A stretch of DNA of 64,000 bases from an uncultured Planctomycetales bacterium (GTDB taxonomy: Bacteria; Omnitrophota; Gorgyraeia; Zapsychrales; Fredricksoniimonadaceae). The position numbers and the translations under genes are program-made. The DNA is taken from contig CAZNDZ010000001.1 in NCBI GenBank assembly GCA_964572155.1, positions 974,290-1,038,289 on the forward strand, written 5' to 3'. The notes below the pieces were generated by a model that searched no databases, had not been told where the DNA came from, and worked only from the letters and a program-made list of their open reading frames with translations. Each line of letters starts with the position of its first letter. Within the stretch, counting starts at the first letter, position 1. Below, in pieces: positions 60,445 to 64,000 of this stretch.

Positions 60445-61046
60445 GAGTAAAATTATTTTTTGTCATGTTGATGACAGCTTTGGTCGTACCCCAATTGGTT
60501 TTTGCCGATGTTAATTTAAGGCCTAAAACACCAGCAGAGTGGCAAGAATATTTGCGTTATCGTCGTAATCAAACCTTAGAAGATTTATATAAAGTAAGGC
60601 CTGAGGCGCGTTGGGAAATTGCAAAAGCTAAAGGGTATGCAACGTTTACAAGTTTGAATGTAAATCTGTTGTTAGCTAGCATGTCGGGTGGTCGAGGGAT
60701 TTTGCATGAAAATGGTGTGATTGGTAAAGACACTTTCATGCGCATGGCTCAAGGCGGGCTCGGTTTAGGTTTGGGGGTAAAAGATTTTCGCGCGGTTTTT
60801 ATTTTTGATAATAAAGAAGTAATGAATCGGTTTTTAAATAGTGGCTGGTCGTTTGGTGGTGAGGCAGATGCGGCCATCAAAGGTGGTGGTGAGGGTGCAT
60901 CGACCAGCGGGGCGATCACGATCGCGCCAGGATTAAGGGTGTATCAGTTAACAGAGAATGGTTTGGCATTACAAGCAACAGTGCATGGGACGAAGTATTG
61001 GCGTGATGCATATGTTAACGGCGATAAAGGCGCTAAAGACAAATAA
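60441..61046 (+). CDS. secreted SYLF-like (DUF500/Ysc84-like) Gly-rich protein
   Basis: Signal peptide; GGLGLGLG and FGGEADAAIKGGGEG glycine-rich blocks. Confidence 0.45.
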   Translation: MRVKLFFVMLMTALVVPQLVFADVNLRPKTPAEWQEYLRYRRNQTLEDLYKVRPEARWEIAKAKGYATFTSLNVNLLLASMSGGRGILHENGVIGKDTFMRMAQGGLGLGLGVKDFRAVFIFDNKEVMNRFLNSGWSFGGEADAAIKGGGEGASTSGAITIAPGLRVYQLTENGLALQATVHGTKYWRDAYVNGDKGAKDK

Positions 61047-61137
61047 GAGTTATTTATTTTTTTGTTTGCCTAAGTTTACTTGAAAGAGCTACAATACAAG
61101 GTGGTGTTCTTTAAAAATCCTAGTGGGAGGCAAAGCA

Positions 61138-61572
61138 ATGTCCAATGTCAGTGAAATCCTTAAAGTCAAAGGCAATACCATTTGGTCTGTGAGCCCTCAA
61201 ACTACAGTTAGCGATACCATCAAGCTCATGGCCGAGAAAAATATCGGCGCATTGTTAGTGCTTGAGAATGATAAGATTGTTGGGATTTTTTCTGAACGTG
61301 ATTTTGCTCGCCATTCAGCTAAACGTGATTTACGCCTTGAAGGCACCTTGGTCAAGGATGTAATGACCAGCCGTATCCTCTTTGTTAACCCATCGGTTAC
61401 GACGGAAGAATGTATGTCCTTAATGACAACCAAACGCATCCGCCATTTACCTGTTTTAGATAATGATAAACTCGTTGGACTGATAAGCATCGGTGATGTT
61501 GTCATTAAAATCATCGAAGATCAAAAATTCTCGATCACACAATTAGAAAGATATGTGACGGGAGGAGTTTGA
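61138..61572 (+). CDS. CBS-pair domain protein
   Basis: Two CBS motifs; start at the ATG preceded by GGGAGG SD. Confidence 0.75.
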   Translation: MSNVSEILKVKGNTIWSVSPQTTVSDTIKLMAEKNIGALLVLENDKIVGIFSERDFARHSAKRDLRLEGTLVKDVMTSRILFVNPSVTTEECMSLMTTKRIRHLPVLDNDKLVGLISIGDVVIKIIEDQKFSITQLERYVTGGV

Positions 61573-61575
61573 TGT

Positions 61576-61989
61576 ATGCATGTTTTTGTCAGTAAACCTT
61601 ATGTGTTGGGTTTGGTGATATGTTTTTTGGGTGGTTGTGCGGCATCCAAGGATCTTCACCAAGAATATCAACAGGTTGATTTTACTGACGGTATTTCCCA
61701 AGAAGAAGCTATCATTATCGCACAAAACAAGTTGTCGCATTCGCCAGGATATATTTATAAAGAAGTAGATTTTTATAGTCCCACCGTTGAAAATATCAAT
61801 TGGGAAGACCCAAAAAATATCTTAATGAGAGAAAATATCATTGGGTATTATCAGAAGTTTCAAGAAAATTGGTCCGTCCGTTTTGCGCCGCAGTTTCATG
61901 GCAATGTAAACAAGCAGGTTGGATGTCAGGTTTGGGTTAATAAAAAATCTGGTGAAACGCAGGTCAGTTGTTCGAGGGTAAATCTGTAG
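61576..61989 (+). CDS. lipoprotein, hypothetical
   Basis: LGGC lipobox after hydrophobic N-term. Confidence 0.45.
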   Translation: MHVFVSKPYVLGLVICFLGGCAASKDLHQEYQQVDFTDGISQEEAIIIAQNKLSHSPGYIYKEVDFYSPTVENINWEDPKNILMRENIIGYYQKFQENWSVRFAPQFHGNVNKQVGCQVWVNKKSGETQVSCSRVNL

Positions 61990-62632
61990 TAGTTGTTTCT
62001 TGCCGTTTTTTAACTTCTTCCAAAAGTCTTTTGACAAGCTCGGGGTCTTTGGCAATTTCTAAGACCTTGGGATTTTTCATGAGTCCGATATAGTCTTTTT
62101 CTTGGGCCATCTTCCTGATTTCTGGATCATTCGCAATGTCTTGGATGCGCGGGTCTTTGACCAATGTTTCTAACGTCACAGGCTTTGTGTTGTTGTCGGG
62201 TTTCGGTTTAAATTTATCGATGATCGGTTTCATGATCACAGATTGATGGATGTCTTTGGTGATGGGTTGTTGTGATGCAAAAAAGTTTGGCAAGATGGTA
62301 AAGACATAAATCAAGGGGATGAAAATTAACGCGCCCCAAACCACCGTGATGATGCTTCCCAATATCCTACTAATAATAGAAGGCTGCTGTTGATCTTCTG
62401 GGCTTCTTATCAACATCCCGATGCATTTGAATAATAAATATAAGATGATGGGTCCGGCAATCGCAATCAATAAAGCGATCGCGGCGTTATGCATTGTTTT
62501 GTAATGGTAATATGCGGCACCAAGTGACAATGCTGTTGCCAGTGGATGCAAGAGGGAGGCCCAAAAACCACGGATGGCGCCCTTCATGATGAAGATTAAA
62601 ATGACTAGAAAAATGGCAATATCAGTAATCAT
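61964..62632 (-). CDS. CvpA-family membrane protein with C-terminal soluble extension
   Basis: N-terminal 4-TM region typical of colicin V production protein family. Confidence 0.6.
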   Translation of the reverse strand: MITDIAIFLVILIFIMKGAIRGFWASLLHPLATALSLGAAYYHYKTMHNAAIALLIAIAGPIILYLLFKCIGMLIRSPEDQQQPSIISRILGSIITVVWGALIFIPLIYVFTILPNFFASQQPITKDIHQSVIMKPIIDKFKPKPDNNTKPVTLETLVKDPRIQDIANDPEIRKMAQEKDYIGLMKNPKVLEIAKDPELVKRLLEEVKKRQETTTTDLPSNN

Positions 62633-62840
62633 TAATTTTTAGTATACCATTTTTTCTAAACATAAAAACATCAGTTTTTCGACTATTTTTAACCCCATTG
62701 TTTGTAATGGTTTACGCAATGTACATGTCATTTTGTCGGCGAGGTGGTGTATTTATAATATTTGATAACAATATATAGACATGATATTATTTATATAGAA
62801 GTAAACCGTGCAACCTTAAGAAGATAAAGAAAGAGTTTGG

Positions 62841-64000
62841 ATGAAATTTGCCACAAAGCTAGTGCTTTGGGTAGTTCTTGTAGCGTTCTTCGTGACCACT
62901 GTCAATCCTACGACAGCTCGCGCTGACCTTGCTTTTTTACCAGCGCCAGGCACCATGGTTTCTTTAACCCCAGCGTATGCACCGCCACTTGTTCGTGGTA
63001 TCAAAGTATATAAAGACAATCCTTTCAAATTTGATTTCATTGTGGATGCAGGTGACAGCAAGTATGGTCCCAATGATCCTGCATTTAAAGAATCTGGTAA
63101 AAAATTAATTGCATATTTCTTAGCTTCGTTGACCACACCAGAAAAAGACATGTGGGTGAATTTAAGCCCATATGAAAAAGACCGCATCATCCCGCAAAAT
63201 TTTGGTGACACGCAAATGGGTAATGAATTATTAGCCCAAGATTATTTGCTCAAACAAGTCACCTCATCATTGATGTATCCAGAAGGCGAAACTGGTCGCG
63301 AGTTTTGGAAAAAGATTTACATGGAATCGCTCAAACGTTTTGGAAGTTTGAACATTGTGGTCAACACTTTAAACAAAGTATGGATTGTCCCAGACCGCGC
63401 GGTTGTTTATGAGAATCCAAAAGACAATACGGTTGTTTTAGTTGAAAGCCGTTTGAAGGTTATGTTGGAAGAAGACTACCTTGCTTTAACTAAACAAAAA
63501 GTTGAAGTGGCCGCAGCTAATCAACAAATGTCTAATGACATCATCCGCGAAGTGGTGGTGCCTGCTTTAGAAAAAGAAGTTAACGAAGGCAGAAATTTCG
63601 CCTCCTTGCGCCAAGTCTATCATTCGCTCATTTTAGCTACGTGGTATAAAAACAATTTAAAGAAGAGCATTTTAAGCAGAGGGTATGTTGATCGCAATAA
63701 GACCAATGGTATTGATATTGAAAACAAAAATTTGAATCAATTGATTTACGAGCAATACCTCAAGTCCTACCGCAAGGGTGTTTACAATTATATTAAAGAA
63801 GAAGTTGATCCTGCAACCAACACTGTTGTGCCTAAGAAACATTTTTCGGGTGGGTTTACGGCGCTGGGCTTAAATTCCAAAATTCAGAACGAAGCTGCAC
63901 AGAACCCAGATGCAGCCAAGAAGGTCTTAACACTGCGCAATGTCTTTTTATTTACAGCGGGATTAACAGCCTTTGCTGGTATTAATAATGATTCTAATTC
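62841..64000 (+). CDS. secreted hypothetical protein (3'-partial, runs off window)
   Basis: ATG at 62841, signal peptide MKFATKLVLWVVLVAFFVTTVNPTTARA, no stop through 64000; absent from ORF track; overlaps weaker antisense ORF 62816..63211. Confidence 0.5.
   Translation, partial: MKFATKLVLWVVLVAFFVTTVNPTTARADLAFLPAPGTMVSLTPAYAPPLVRGIKVYKDNPFKFDFIVDAGDSKYGPNDPAFKESGKKLIAYFLASLTTPEKDMWVNLSPYEKDRIIPQNFGDTQMGNELLAQDYLLKQVTSSLMYPEGETGREFWKKIYMESLKRFGSLNIVVNTLNKVWIVPDRAVVYENPKDNTVVLVESRLKVMLEEDYLALTKQKVEVAAANQQMSNDIIREVVVPALEKEVNEGRNFASLRQVYHSLILATWYKNNLKKSILSRGYVDRNKTNGIDIENKNLNQLIYEQYLKSYRKGVYNYIKEEVDPATNTVVPKKHFSGGFTALGLNSKIQNEAAQNPDAAKKVLTLRNVFLFTAGLTAFAGINNDSN

Noticed and set aside
62816-63211. 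131-aa minus-strand ORF
   Set aside because: It overlaps a longer + strand ORF that has a signal peptide and a proper ATG and runs off the window.

Overview
This is a 64-kb segment of a low-GC bacterial chromosome. Genes are tightly packed and almost all on the + strand. Only four genes lie on the - strand: a DEAD-box helicase, two small membrane or hydrolase genes and a CvpA-like gene. Most genes carry clear Shine-Dalgarno sites, so this is not a Bacteroidetes host. The host looks like an uncultivated Gram-negative lineage, but I cannot place it from sequence alone. No integrase or transposase was seen. No rRNA and no CRISPR array are present.

Gene content, from start to end:
- **1-6.9 kb:** a transglutaminase-like protein; a bifunctional class-II aldolase/short-chain dehydrogenase; a DEAD-box helicase; a CPA2 cation/proton antiporter fused to a PTS EIIA domain.
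- **6.9-10.6 kb:** tRNA-Lys, then a split transketolase (N- and C-subunits) and transaldolase.
- **11.4-17.8 kb:** a beta-oxidation operon with a PaaK-like ligase, a thiolase, an unknown secreted protein and FadB/FadJ.
- **19-29 kb:** an MBL hydrolase, a redoxin, overlapping Fur and Nramp (MntH), UspA, an inositol monophosphatase, CoaX, groES-groEL with a promoter, a CIRCE-like site and tandem terminators, an ABC-F ATPase, and tRNA-Ser(GGA).
- **29.6-38 kb:** the most unusual locus. A 690-aa membrane protein made of three tandem repeats, each a transmembrane segment plus a hexapeptide (left-handed beta-helix) transferase domain. It heads a cluster of an MGT-family glycosyltransferase, a GMC oxidoreductase, a short-chain dehydrogenase and RfbA, an RfbD-like reductase and RfbB. 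No RfbC epimerase is present.
- **38-44.5 kb:** a SWIM-SNF2 helicase, a YhcG-like PD-(D/E)XK nuclease and RecQ.
- **44.5-47 kb:** MORN-repeat proteins, then a cytochrome c, a PCuAC copper chaperone and SCO1.
- **48-52 kb:** a fused two-unit M16 peptidase translationally coupled to an orphan CpaF/TadA/FlaI-type secretion ATPase.
- **52-56 kb:** tRNA-Arg, an N-terminally truncated histidine kinase, TadA, and an ECF sigma / anti-sigma / LTXXQ-repeat / charged-repeat envelope-stress cluster.
- **56-61 kb:** tRNA-Ser(GCT), then a compositionally foreign cassette carrying an NTF2-like gene and a Bacteroidetes-type (CepA/CblA/CfxA-like) class A beta-lactamase. A PIN toxin with an overlapping small downstream ORF follows, flanked by direct repeats. 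Then come a class D (OXA-like) beta-lactamase operon, a CBS protein and a CvpA-like gene.

A conserved ~95-nt structured element occurs twice, once after each tRNA-Ser region, and shows compensatory stem changes between the two copies.
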